DNA of 64,000 nt from positions 58,654,001 to 58,718,000 of the forward strand of contig NC_045697.1 of the NCBI RefSeq assembly GCF_009834535.1. The letters are read 5' to 3'. Position 1 is the stretch's first letter. Each line of letters begins with the position of its first letter. Origin of the DNA: Camelus ferus. Lineage: Eukaryota. The notes beneath the pieces are model-generated. The model did not search any database and was not told the DNA's origin. It saw only the letters and a list, made by a program, of their open reading frames with translations. The position numbers and the translations under genes were made by a program. Below are positions 1 through 13,144 of this stretch, piece by piece.

Positions 1-47
1 TTTGTCTTATTTCATTCTAAATTTATTTTACTCTTTGTCTGCCTAGC

Positions 48-510
48 TATGGTTGGTTGAAATGGCCCTAAATTCCTCTCCTTCCTGTATCCATGGTCCT
101 CTGGATTGTGGTTCCTCCATCAAGAGATGGAGTCTATTTCTTAAGTCTGGAGTTGGCTGTGTGATTGGCTTTGGCTAATGGGACACAGCAAACAAGACAC
201 AGGCAGAGTCTTGAACAATATTTGAACTTTGGGATGTTCCTATTTATTGCTAGGAATCCTGTCACAATGGGAATGAGCAGGGGCTAGTGGGCTGGAAGGT
301 GACAGCCATATGGCCATCACCCCAGATGACATCAAGGTGACTACCAACCAAACATGTAAGTGAGTTTCCTCCCCTGAAAAATCCATCAGCCTGCTTAACT
401 ACTAAACATCCAACCTCAGTCAAGTCACCACAGATGCAATTTAATGAATTCTGAGAACTATAAAAATGTTTCTTGTTTTAAGCCACTGACTTTTAGAGTA
501 GATTACTACA
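48..510 (+). mobile_element. MaLR LTR (MLT1-type), old
   Basis: Typical MLT1 motifs: cctccatcaagagatggagtctatttc, tgtgattggctttggctaatgg, and a 3' end tgttttaagccactgacttttagagtag. Boundaries approximate. Confidence 0.75.
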
Positions 511-759
511 CTATCCTATCCATGATTGTACAGTACTCTTTCCAAATCATACTGGGATCACGTGAAGAATTAAATTAAAGCCATCAATTTGCATAAATCT
601 TTGACAGGAACAACATTCTACTAAGCATTAACATGTCTAAAACAAGGCATCCATTTAAAATTCATCTATTCCTCATGATGAGGAATTATGTCATAAGCAT
701 CCAAGCAGTTAATCAATATAGAAATCTTAGAAGCATTTCTGCTCTTTCCCCTGTATCTG

Positions 760-1250
760 TTCAGTCAATGCCACATCTCTTCAAAATATTTCTCAGGCCC
801 TGACATTGCTGCCAACACACTTCTAACTAATTTCCCACTCTTCTTTTACCTGGATTACTGAAACAGCTTCCCTCTGCCAATCTCTCATCATCTACACTGA
901 CTTCAGAGGTATTTTTCTCATATCAAGAACTGATAATGTTATGATGTAATACTCTACTAACTTGGGAAAATTTTTTTAAAAATTAAAAATATTTCATGAT
1001 TTTTTCTGAGGATAAAATACAAACTCCTTGGCATGTGATACAGAATCTTCCACAATCTACCTCATTACATCTTTCCAGTCTCTTCCTCTAGAACTACGCC
1101 CATTTTACTGCGCACCCAGCACATTTCCTGAAAAATACCACAACCTTCATATAACCATAGTTTTTTCTGCTTCCTCTTTGTGAGATTCTCTAACTGTCCC
1201 TGCTGTTTTCTTCTTGGAAAATGAGGATGCATCCTTCAGAATCTAGGCTG
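760..1250 (+). mobile_element. LINE-2 fragment (degenerate)
   Basis: L2-like motifs ttacctggattactgaaacagcttcc and ctgaggataaaatacaaactccttggcatg. Boundaries approximate. Confidence 0.55.
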
Positions 1251-1259
1251 TCACCTTCA

Positions 1260-1620
1260 CTTTCAGTCACTTAGACAGAAATCATTGTGAGTTCCTATTA
1301 TGGGCCAAGCACAGACCAGTGGCTGGAGGAGAAATAATAATTATAGCCCTCTTTGCCCTCAAGGACATTACAGAAGAGAAAAGGAAACAAGCACACTAAA
1401 AAATAAAATGCAATGTTTTAGGTGTAATCACTGAGGCAAGCACCGGAGATATTTGGAGGATAGAAGCGTGCACTTAGCTCCTGTCTAGTACATAGTCTAG
1501 GAAGGCTTAATGGAGGAACTGAAGATAAGCAGAGCATTGAAACACTGGCAGAAACTTATTGGGTAGAAAAGGTAAGAGACTCCTGGAAGAGGAAATAGCA
1601 TGTACAGAAAACATGCTCAT
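1260..1620 (-). mobile_element. LINE-2 3' fragment
   Basis: Reverse L2 3' end pattern: tgagttcctattatgggccaagcac...ctttgccctcaaggacattaca...ggaaggcttaatggagga. Confidence 0.55.
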
Positions 1621-2388
1621 GGAAGTCAGATATAATAGCTTTTAAAGAAAATATACTGTATTACTTTAAACCAAAAAATTAACTAAATTTAATCAAATTT
1701 AAATTAGGGTATTTGGTATTTATAAAATCAAAAGTCGTGTCTACTTTACATCACTCTGAACATTACAAAACATTTAAAAAATCACTATTTTTTAAAGTAG
1801 AAAGATACATTCTATATTTAGATTATGAGATAATAAATGTTACTTTTAACTCCTATTTTGTATGACTGGCTATTTTTAAAAATCTTTACACAGATGGCAT
1901 CAATTTAAATATATAACTTTAATCTATATATTTTAAAGCTAAATTATCGTATCAATACTAAAATGACTTTTAAATAGAATAACAATATAATATAAAATAT
2001 CACTCTGCAAGGAAATTGTCAGTGTGACTTAGATTTAGATATTTCAATTTATTTTAAAAAATAAAATAAAAGGATAGTAGTAGAAGACAGTTCCAATAAA
2101 AAAAGGAATGATTATCTGGTCATCTCTAAATCTAGGCTGATTTTCAACTAGTCTTCCACTGTGGATCCCTATTTCTTCTGTTGGTTTACCAACATTTCTC
2201 AGAACAACATTTCCCATCTTAGTTTATAAAGAAGACTTACTCTTTCTGTTATCATAGTCCTGACATACCATTTTCCTCCTGTTTTGTAAACAGGCAGTGC
2301 ATTGTAAAATACACATTTATCAAGGCCTTCATCAAGGAATGAATAGAGTTTCTTTTCCTTTAAGTAAAAAAAGAAAACAACAACTCAC

Positions 2389-2469
2389 CTCTAACAGGGG
2401 GTCTTTCTAGCTCAGAGTCAAGGTGAATTGGTGGAGAGATGTACGATACCTGTCCATGATGTGCCTGCC
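2389..2469 (-). CDS. ADGRL3: ADGRL3 81-nt exon after the olfactomedin domain (start of the Ser/Thr-rich linker), phase 1-1
   Basis: Minus strand: atttttgggtccacag|GGCAGGCACATCATGGACAGG...AGACCCCCTGTTAGAG|gtgagt. Translates (G)QAHHGQVSYISPPIHLDSELERPPVR, continuing ...DGRS-G from the OLF exon in frame. Not in the ORF track. Confidence 0.95.
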
Positions 2470-5045
2470 CTGTGGACCCAAAAATAAATGTTAAGAAGAC
2501 ATTATGTCTTTTACTTTTTTTTTTATGATGTCACATCATCTCTCTCCACGCTGAAGAGTGCAGGCAGATCTATCCAAACATAGAATCATTGTGTGCCATC
2601 TAAACATCAACCAATTAAATCAGTCCTCAAACCATCTAGTTTTGTTGTTGCTGTTGTTAAATCACAAATTTATTGTAGAGTGAAACTTTAAGAAATACAA
2701 TAAAAATGACTGACACGAAAAATGACGTGGAAAAATTAAAAACAAAGACATGCCAAATAAAAAACCTTGGTTTCATTGTCAGATTAAACAGCAATTAAGT
2801 ACTCAATCAATTTACTTTAAGTGTTTGTAAACATTCTTCCTTTCTGCATTTACTTCACAGCAGATCAGTAATAAAGAATCTGCAGACTGTCCTCTCCATC
2901 AGATAACGCTATGATTAGCACTTAGACAACTTTACGATCCTAATGAATTTACACTTTATTTTTATGATTTACTTTGCTTTTTAAGTATTTTTTACCTGTA
3001 TTTGAAAAGAAAACTACTCCTATTGCTGATTATATTTGATGAAAAAATAGTAACTAACCACAATATAAAAAACAGGTAGATGGATTCATCCTCTGTTTTT
3101 TGCAAAGCACTTTGCCAGCACACATACATATCTGCAATAATACACTTTCTGTCTTATGAGTTAAAAAAGTGTTAAAATTGATTTGAAGGCCAAAATGCTG
3201 ACTGCAAAAAAAAAAAAAGCCAGCTTAAAAACAGATTTTCTAATGCTCAAAGTAGCTATATAGTTTGTATACCTATGATCCAGTAAGCAATTAGGATTTT
3301 GAGGCAAGAAAGCATAACTAGAGTTCAATTTCTAAACCTACTTTATATAAAAAGGTTTGGGTACAAGTAGAAAACACACTACCTTCTTTCTACAATGGGA
3401 ATATGCAGTTATACTTTATACATTTACTATAGCAATTAACAGGGGTGTTAATCTCTTTTCCTAAACAAGGAAAGTTAATGACACATAGATTATGATAACA
3501 GTTAGAGTAACCTTCCCGTTTCAAGTAATATTCGACTTGTAATAAACTCTGCTGATTCCTCTTATGAGGCACATTTCAAATAATTAATATGGCTCCCTGT
3601 TGATAGTAGCTGCTGTTGCTCCCAGCATTTTTCTAGCTAACAGCAGACACAGTGGAGAGGCTGTAATACACAGAGCCCCTCATAATGGTAACTAAGAATA
3701 TTGTGCATTCACTGGCCATGTTTCAGTGGAATACTAAAAGCACCATTACGAAAGAAGTTAAGACGGTGACTATGCATTGTTAGCAGTCCATGTGTAATAT
3801 AGCTTATTAAAATCTTCAGATTATCCTTAATTGCAAAAACACCTGATGTTTACCTATGTTGCAAACTTGGTTGCAAATGCATTTTTATTTTTAAGGTCCA
3901 GTGTCATTGCATTGCAAATGAATTGGTTTGAAACTTTATCAATCATGTAAAATGAAAATAAGAATCTTTCACTCTACACTGGTTGAAAAGAATCTCAGCA
4001 TATAAAACAATATTGATTTCATGTCTAATCAAGGAACATGGCTTTCACCACATATAATAACCACTATGCATTCAAACATACATCATCTCCTTTTATGCAG
4101 CCAATATCACTATAAGAATTTAAAGGCAGGTACTATGCTAGTCTACATATTTTAAAATCAAAGAAACAAGCAGAGCTTATGTAACTAACTTGCAGCTAGT
4201 ACATAGCAAGGCTAGCATTTGACTCCAAATTTGAAGTGCTTTCATCTGTCATAATATTTGTCTCAAAGAAGGTACACTAAACTTGCAAATAATGTGTATA
4301 GATTTAGTGATTAAACTCTGACAGGCAACTGCTTTTAGAACTGTCACCCCGACATTCAGAATGAAGTAAACAGTCCCTTTAAATGCCACACGTGTCTCTT
4401 TTCTTAGGATAAGCATGTAACTTCAAGAGTGTTCAACACAGATACTGTAGGCAGCACAGGACCAGTGTGCAGTCCCTTGAGGGGAATGGGGATATCAAAG
4501 AGCCAGTGGAATGGGGTGGGGAGGATTGGTAGTCACGTCCTGAACTTGGTGTGCAATCATTTCCATTCTCTCTCCAAGGAGAAATCCACCAAACTGCAGG
4601 AAGAGGTGTGGCAGGGAAAGTCACGGTGGTAAAAACTGACAGCGGATTCTAAGTCTTAGAGAAAGGTGAGAAATGCAGTAATGGATTTCAGTTTGGTGAC
4701 TGAAATTTCTGACCCACAGAATAAAAACTAGGAATTATGGAGAATGTTGTTGATTGATTACACCAATCCAATCCTTAAAGATTTCTGCTTTACTTTAGAT
4801 CAGTGGTATGCACACATTTATCTCCACAGAAATACATGAAGGGTAATAAAACCTACTTTAATAGGCACTATTTCTAACTAAGGCTAACTAACAAATAGAT
4901 AAATATGAGGCAATAATTCTCAGGGCAGTAACTGCTCTTTATCAGGTTGGGCATATGGGAATATGGGGAAAGGTCTGCATAGTTTGAAAAAATACTCAGT
5001 GTCTCTCAAAGTTCCACCTTCTCCCCTTTAAGAATGACTGAAAAA

Positions 5046-5814
5046 GGAGTTTGGCCAAGATGGTGGAGTGGGAAGACCCTAAGCTCAGTTCCTCCCATGG
5101 GCATACCAAAATTACAACTACTTACAGAGCAAACTATTGACAGCCAAGACCGGAACCCAGCAGGAAAAATCTTCCACAACTCAAGATATAAAAAAGGAAC
5201 CACGATGAGACCAGTAGAAGGGGTGGAGTCCTGGTATATAGTCAAGACCCATACCCCTGGGGGATGACCCACACGGGGGAGGATAATTACAACTACAGAG
5301 GTTCTCCCCAGGGAGTGAGGGGCCTGAGCCCCCATTCAGGCTCCCCAACCTGTACCGGGAAGACACACCTCCAGCACATTTGACTTTGAAGGCCAAAAGG
5401 GGCTTACTGTAGGGAGAGCAAGAGGGCTGTGGGAAATAGAGACTCCACTTTTAATGAGCATATAAGATCTCACATGCTCCAGGACCCAGGGCAGAAGGAG
5501 TAATTTGAAAGGAGCCTGGGTCAGACCCATCAGTTGACCTTGGAAAGCCTGCAGAAGAGGCTGGAGGCACCTGAAGCTCACCTTGGAGACACAGACATTG
5601 GTGGCAGCCATTTTTAGGAGCTTGTTCTACTATGTGGACACTGGTGTTGGTAAGTGCCATTTTGGAACCTTCCCTCTAGCCTATTAGCACTGAAACCTGG
5701 TCCCGCCCACCAACCTGTAGGTATCAGTACTGGAAGGCATCAGACAAGCAACCAACTGGGTGGGTACACAGCCCCACCTAGCAGCACACAGACAGCAAAT
5801 AAAGAAAGAACATT
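5046..5814 (+). mobile_element. LINE-1 5'UTR-derived insertion (laurasiatherian/cetartiodactyl L1 type), no ORF1/ORF2, flanked by probable TSD
   Basis: Starts ggagtttggccaagatggtggagtgggaagaccctaagctc...caaaattacaactac, an L1 5' start with a YY1-like CAAGATGG at 5056. GC-richer than the flanks. Ends in aataaagaaagaa. Flanks aagaatgactgaaaaa (5030-5045) and atgaataactgcaaaa (5815-5830) match at 13/16. Confidence 0.75.
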
Positions 5815-6964
5815 ATGAATAACTGCAAAATAATAGTAATAATAAACTCCAGTTAAAACCATAAATAACTTCCATAAACATTTCTCTTAAACTTTATGGT
5901 GAATAATGTTCAACAATAAAAAATATAATCAGTTCAAAAAGAGCATAGGGAGGTAAAAAGCATCACAAACACATATTTTTAAAATTCGGACACATTTTCC
6001 ACCATAATTGTCTTCTACTAGTCTTGCCTGGTCCTTGTAACTGCAGCTTTATGTATCTAAATATGTGATGTGCTGTTTTTATTTTTGCCCTTACTTTTTC
6101 AAATTAAAAAGATACATACCTGCTCATTTTTCCTTCTGAATTTTATTGCATTCTTTTCTAATTTTTAAAGCAAAACAGTCATATTGAGATTTTATTAGAA
6201 CTACATTACTTCCATAATTTTCAGAATAAACATCTAATATAGTTTGTCTTCATATGTTTTAAATGAATTGCCTTTTGTTTGAATTGCCTTTCAATAAATA
6301 GGAAAAAAACTGTTTTTTGAAGTTTTCTATATTTTGGTTGTAAGGATATTTCATTGTTTAAGTATTCTATTTTCCCCATTTTGAATGAAATTTCTGAACT
6401 TGCTTGATATCTGTCATTAAACTTTTTTGATTGTTATTGTTGTAATTATTAGTTATTGACTCTGACTTTCCTACCTCCTTAGAGCTAGATATACTGAAAA
6501 TAACACTTTAGTTATGTTCTGTGATCTTTGTTTCTTGTAAGAAATATATCCCCAGGTTAAAATTCATCTATATACTCTTGTTCTTAATTATTTTGTGTTG
6601 CAGAATTTAAATTTTAAAGATTGAATTTATAGGATATGCATTTTAGGTGCCACTAAAATTTCCTGGTGCTACTGTTCACCTGTCATTTTACCTTTAATTT
6701 CCTACAAACTAATTACCAAAGAAATAAGCACTGTTTACTGATAGATTTCAAAAATAATTACAAAGAATTAAAAAGGGGGAAGGAAAAAGGTTTCTTGGTT
6801 TACTGCGTAGGAGTCTAGAAGAATAATGGCAATGTGGGAAGCTTATGAGTTAGATTTTATTCAAATTTTAGTCTAGGTGAATGATACATTTGCACAAAGA
6901 TGTCACTGTATGTATTTGTATATGTACATATATCTACCTACATATGTTTACATTTATGTGAAAT

Positions 6965-7580
6965 ATCTATACTGATACGTAATTTACTTATCATACAATT
7001 TACCCATTTCAAGTATACAATTCAGTATTTTTAGTATATTTACAGATCTGTGCAACTTCTACCACAATCAACTTGAGACCATTAGAAATTGGAAGCCTGT
7101 TTACTAGCATAGCAGTCACTCTCCATTTCATTCCAACTCCAGTTCTAGGCAACTATTCATCTGCTTTTCATCTCTATAGATTTACCTGTTTGGTAAATTT
7201 CAGGTAAATAAAAAACATAGTCTTTTGTGCTCAACTTCCTTTATTCAATTTAATTTTTTCAGGTAGTACAAATCAGTACTTCATTCTTTTATGTTGCCAA
7301 ATAATATTCCATTAAAAATACCATATTTTTTGTATCATTCATCAATTGATGGATTTTGAGGGTCATTTCCACCTTTTGACTATTATGAATAATGCTGCTA
7401 TGAACCTTCCTATACAAGTTTTTGTGCAGACATAAGTTACATTTTTCTTGAATATATATACCTAAAAGTGGAATTACTGGGTCATATAGTAAACACTATG
7501 TAAAATTTTGAGAAACTGCCAGTCTGATTTCCAAAGAAGCTGTACCATTTTATTTTTCATTAGGAGTGTATGAGGGCTTC
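6965..7580 (-). mobile_element. Old LINE-1 (L1M-type) 3' end fragment
   Basis: Antisense L1 3' motifs: catacaatttacccatttcaagtatacaattcagt, tatgaataatgctgctatgaac, gtggaattactgggtcatat, ttccaaagaagctgtaccatttta. Confidence 0.85.
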
Positions 7581-8683
7581 ATAAAGACTTTTTTTTAAAG
7601 TTTTTTTTTGCTTGTTTGCTTTGTTTGTTTTTAGATGATGGTGTAGTTAAATCAGGATTGATGAGATTTTGAAATAATTAAGGTAACTGAAAATCTGGGA
7701 AGGGAACAATCTCCTCAAGTGAACACAGAAAGATAAAGCAGAGGGTTTGGGTCAGGAGTTATATAGTTCATCCACATCAAGAAAGTAGGAGAAAAATGAT
7801 CTAGGCTAAAAAACAAAAACAAAGGAAGAGCAGCTCACATTCTGAAGGGGCAATGTGTGAACTATCCAGTGTTAGGTATGCCAAAGAGGCAGAATTTTTA
7901 AGAGTTCTTGCCAGTAGAATCCAGCATTATTGCAAAACCCAAAGGCCATTACAGATTTTGGAAAAGCCATTATTTTTCTATCTTCAATCTCTTTTTGAAC
8001 TTTTATTTAATTTCTATTTCACTGAGGAATCCGGTGCAATTTCTACTAAAGTTCAAATACAGCAAAGGCTTGATCAGCATAAGGTACAGGAAAAGGCTTT
8101 TTTTTTTCTCTTTCTACTGTCAATACTTTACTTGTACATCATAGCACAGAAATCAGAACCACAGAATTTGAAGAGAGAAAGATATTTGTTAGCTTATAGT
8201 CCCAAACTTACATTTTAGAATAAGGAACCTAAAATCTTGAGAAATTGGTGACTTTCAAAAGTCAAATCAAGGTGGTGTTTGTCAAGAATGACGTCTGAGG
8301 ACAGTAAGAAAGGGCACGCAGCTAGCCTGCAGAAAACTGCCCTCGACCCTCTCTTACCTCTGAAGCCTTACCTAGCAAGTCGCTGTTTTCAAGGTGTGTG
8401 GGGCATGACTTTTCAAGTGTGTTGAGACATTAAAAGAGTTGAAAACTATTTATTTATAAAAATATGTACTTTTTCCCCATTGAGCCATGTCTAGAAAGCT
8501 TAGCATAACAGGTAAGATCACGCTTGGAAAACAGGACTGCCTGTGCTGGTATTCGAACTCTGCCACATTTCTGCCATAGAACTATTTAGGCATCTAAGTT
8601 ATTAGCCAGCAAGTATGAAGCTGTTTAATTTCTATGTGCAACTGGTATACAGTAGAGTACTTAATTTTTAGCTATTATTAGTA

Positions 8684-8990
8684 ATTCATTCTTTCATTCA
8701 TCAACCAACATTCCTTGAGTGCCTACTACATGACAGGTGCCTTTTTAGGTTGTTGGCATACGCCACACAAGAAAATAAATGATAACCCGCACTCTTAAGT
8801 AGGGGAAGGCAGACAGTAAGCAATTAACACAATAAATGCATCAATAATATTATACACGTAAAATGCTGAGGGCACTGGAAACACATTAGAACAGGTTAAA
8901 GGGTATTTGAGGTGGAAGCAGGGGGCAGGTTGAAATTTTAGAGTGAAGCAGGGAAGGCCTAATTTAATTTCCATGAATAGCATCTGAAGG
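8684..8990 (-). mobile_element. LINE-2 3' fragment
   Basis: attcattctttcattcatcaaccaacattccttgagtgcctactacatgacaggtgc is the reverse-strand L2 tail. Confidence 0.7.
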
Positions 8991-10183
8991 GTTCAAGAGA
9001 AGGCAGGAGATAGTATCAGACTTCTATGAGAAACTGTAAAAAGATAAAAGTATAAATAAGAGCCCAAATCTAATTCTAGTAATTAAGAATGAAAGAATGA
9101 AATGTGCTGGTATCAGATGCTTTTTCCTAATACATTTATTTCAAATTTTACACATAGTCATAGACCTATTAATAATGTCACCAATGACCAATGAGTAAAA
9201 AAAGGCATAAATAAAATACAGTGATATATAATTGGGAAAATGAACACAACTTTGCTCCTGAAGTAAAAATACATTTTATTACCATAAAGTCCCCACTGGT
9301 TTCTCCAGTTATACCACACTTCAACTCAAATTCTCCTCATTTTCTATACAGTACTGTAAACAACTTTAATAGTTTACGGCTCTCTAGGCAGATTTTATGC
9401 CTTCTTTTTTGTTTGTTTGCTTTAAATTTTCAACTTCTGATCTTGATTACTTCCTCTAGAGATATGACATCTCCCCTTTCTTAAAAACAATAAATAAATC
9501 TCATATTTTTGCTCATCGGATTTTTAATATCATCATTTTCCTTTTACAAGCTTTAGAATAATAGCAAGTTACATCTCTGTATCTCTCTGCCCTTCTACAA
9601 TAATGATTCCATGTGGAATATGGGAACATATACTAATTACATTTAAGAATGGCATATGGAATTTTTCTAAGTTTTTCTAATACTCTGAAAGCAGCTACGC
9701 CTCCTCATAAAAAGTTTAATTTTTTGCTTGGAAATAATCTCAGCTATCTATAAAAAAAATACTAGAGGTCAACATGTTGTTTTGTGCTGATGAAAAACTG
9801 GGTGTGCCTAGCCTTACAACAGCTTGCTTTTTTGTCTTCAAATCCTAGTCCGACTATAACCATCTGACATTTAAAAAGTAAGCTTTCAGGTGAAGATATA
9901 AACACCAATCAAAAGTAATCATCAAAGAAAAGAGTTATAAAATTGCCAATACCTACCTTTTCACTCTGGTTTCCTTTTCTCACTTCATCTTATTACTCAT
10001 CCTTATTTTCAGTGACTTTAGTAAAATATGAAGTAACAGAAAAACAACTACATGCTTGACTTATTGAGTATATGAAGTCACTGATGGAGGCACAAAGGTC
10101 ACGGATGGTCTTCTCCCCAGTGGATATTACTTGCCATACAGAAAATGGATGGAGTAATTTGAAGCAAAGGTAACTTTCTTGAG

Positions 10184-10186
<3 letters not shown>

Positions 10187-10222
<36 letters not shown>
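10187..10222. repeat. (TG)18 microsatellite
   Basis: Perfect TG dinucleotide run of 36 nt. Confidence 0.97.
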
Positions 10223-10225
<3 letters not shown>

Positions 10226-10660
10226 TTCATTCAGCAATTATTTCTTCAGTACCCACTCCCACTCTGTGGCCAGTATTACCAATACCACATGAGCAAGATA
10301 ATATAATGCTCCAATGAGAGACTCAGCCTAGATGCAGGGTTCAGCAATTACAGTGAAGTATGATACGCACCTTGACAGAGGTGACAGAAAAGAGAGCAAC
10401 AACAGCATCTAACTGAGGTAAGTGAAGAGAGGGGAGAGCAGGACCCGGGAGAAGAGAGACTGAGGGACCAGCAGGTGGTCGTCCAGTGACAGTGTGGTGG
10501 GCATGGGGCAGCAGAAGGGAGGATATGAAGGAAGCCTACAGATCAGATGAGTGAGAGGAATAGGGAGCAGGGAGTCACAAAGCAGGGTGGGCAGCAAAGA
10601 TGATAAGAAATAATAAAACATTTCAAAAATGTACAAAAGAGAAAGGATAAAGAATACATG

Positions 10661-11134
10661 TATAGGGGAGCAGAATATGCCACCCCCAAATACGCCACTT
10701 TGGCATATTGATTATTTTGTATTAAAGTTACCTGAGAAACAGCTGGCGCAAAGAAGACACTGACCCTTCTTTGTCCCGCTGAAAGCAGGAAATAAATCTC
10801 CCAGGTGAAGGAGGGTAGAAAGCATCACTATCCCAGAGACAGAGAATTTCAAGGCTGAGGAAGCTGCATAAACAGACCTTGTTACTTTTTTTACTATTTT
10901 ACTACCCCAAGCCCAAACCCTTTTGTCTTACAGTTCTTCACAAATGTATTGCTTCTGTGTCTAAGAGGTATAAAGGCTTCCTGCTTTGGTCACTTCTTTA
11001 AGTCTTATACTTTACAGGGCTCCAGTACACATGAAATCAAATTTGTTTTTCTCCTGTTAATCTTTCTCAAGTCAATTTAATTATTAGTCCAAAGAGCCTA
11101 GATGGAAAGAAGGGAAAGGTTTTCTGCCTCTACA
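10661..11134 (+). mobile_element. ERV1-class solo LTR (MER34-like)
   Basis: Begins tataggggagcagaatatgccacccccaaatacgccactttggcata (MER34-like start, TG mutated to TA) and ends ...ctgcctctaca. 4-bp TSD catg at 10657-10660 and 11135-11138. Internal TATAAA at about 10969. Confidence 0.85.
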
Positions 11135-12702
11135 CATGCCCATCACCCAGCTTCCACAACGGTCAATGTAGGGCTATATTGCTCCATCCTTCTCCGCCCA
11201 TGCCTCTTCCACCATCGCAGAATATGGTGAAGTGAATCTCAAACACCATATACTTTCCTCTGTAAATTACATGAGTATATATCTATAAAATACGAGTTCT
11301 TTAAAACACAATACCATTATGATACCTAAAAATTAAGAAGATACATTGTGAAATGAATTTAATGTAAGATTCAATGAAGCAATTGTCAGGAAGAAATCAG
11401 TCAATCTAAAAAAAGTGAAACCTTTCAATCACACTGGCCTTAGTGCTGAAATTGTATTGGACTGAGGAATGTTTTATACTGATGATGAATTCCAGGTGCT
11501 CACAGATATACAGGAGAATCTATTTAATAAAACCATACAAATGGTTTTCTTTCTTTCACAAGCTTAATGAAATAGACCTGGTAGTTAAAATGACAAACAC
11601 TGAATTTTGGAAGCACTGCTTCAAAATTATTCCTTGAAGTATCAAAAACCTATTGTAGCAAGCATTACAACAATAAACTAGAAAGAGAATAGAAAAAAGA
11701 AAGATATCAGAGCATTTATCTTTCCTATACTTCGAGTTTTTTATAATCCTTCAAAAATAAAGAGGAATGACATTAGAAAACTGAAGATCACATGAATAAA
11801 AATGATTATTTTCTAAGAGCCTAATACTAAGAGGCACCATGTGAGGTAAATATTGCTTCCCATTTTAAAAACACAGTAACTAAAGCTTTTAAAGCTAAGT
11901 GCATTTTCAAAGGTTACACAACAGTGTGTGTGGGAATCAGGTTCCAAGTCCAGAGACCATGTTCTTATATAGCTCACTGCCCCCACATCCTATAAATACA
12001 CCTACCGGGGTGGGGAGAGGCAAATATACTAACTTTCTGAAACATTAGAAATTTTTAGTTCTTCTTTTCCAGGCTAACCTAAAACAAAGTGTTTACATTA
12101 CTAAAAGACTAAATTACAGAACAATCAGGATTCTAAAATTACTTTTCTCAAACAATGAGCAAAACATTATGTTCTACTTAATAAAAGGTTAAAAATATTA
12201 GCCTTCTTCTGGCAACTTTTTTTTTTAAATTTTATTTTAACAGAGGCATTAAAAATGGTAGGGTTCAATAATACAGCTCTCCTTTAATCACTGTGATTTC
12301 CAAAAGCTGGCAAAAAGAAAAAAGACCTTGGAAGCAGTCCTTCCCTGACACCCCCCCCCCCTCACATCTCTGCTATTGTTTATCACCCTTGTACTTAGTG
12401 CATGTTTTGCACTCAGTAGAATAAGGGGAATATATTTTACTACAGGAGTGGTTAATATTCAGGCCTATTTGATTGAGGATGTGAATGTTCAGGGTTGGGA
12501 GTTGTGAAAAGCTAGATTATAAAAAAAAAAACATAGGCAAACGTAATGAGCAAAACTGTGATGTTAGCATGAACACAGGGGTCAATAATTTCAGTTGGTC
12601 AGTTGGCACAGGACATCCAAGAGGGTATCCATAAACCTCCTTCTCTGTCAGAGCGATTCTGATTTAGGAATTAAAGTTACCTCAGATATTTTGCTTACAG
12701 CT

Positions 12703-13144
12703 TATGGTAGATAGAACAATGGTCCTCCAAAGATGCCCACTTTCTAATTCCCAGAATCTGTGAACATGTTAACTTCTATGGCAGAAGCAACTTTGCAGAC
12801 TTGCTTACAGTTGAGACGAGGAGATTATCCTACGTAGTGACAGCAGTTCTTAAAAGTCAAAAAGGGAGGCAGAAGAGTAAGTCAGAATGATGCAATGTGA
12901 GAAAGACTAGATAGCTACTGTTGCCTTTGAAGATGGAGGAAGGGGACCAGAGTCAAGGAACAGGGGCTGCTTCTATAAGCTGGAAAAGACAAGGACCCTT
13001 CCCAGAGTCTATATAAAGAACTGCTTCTAGCCTGGTGAGACCTGTGTCAAACTTCTGTTCTAGAGTAATGTAAAGTAATAAAGTAGCATTGTTTAAGCCT
13101 CTGTTTGTGGTAATTTGTCCCAGCAGTGACAGAAAACTAATATG
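12703..13144 (+). mobile_element. MaLR solo LTR (MLT1D-like)
   Basis: aatggtcctccaaagatgcccac...ctttgaagatggaggaagggg...tgtttaagcctctgtttgtggtaatttgt...cagaaaactaatat follows the MLT1 consensus layout. Confidence 0.85.

Noticed and set aside
5006..5660. Cluster of five overlapping ORFs
   Set aside because: By-product of the GC-richer L1 5'UTR. No homology to ORF1 or any protein I recognise.
7853..8218. 121-aa plus-strand ORF
   Set aside because: Low-complexity F/L/K-rich composition typical of AT-rich intron, with no splice or homology support.
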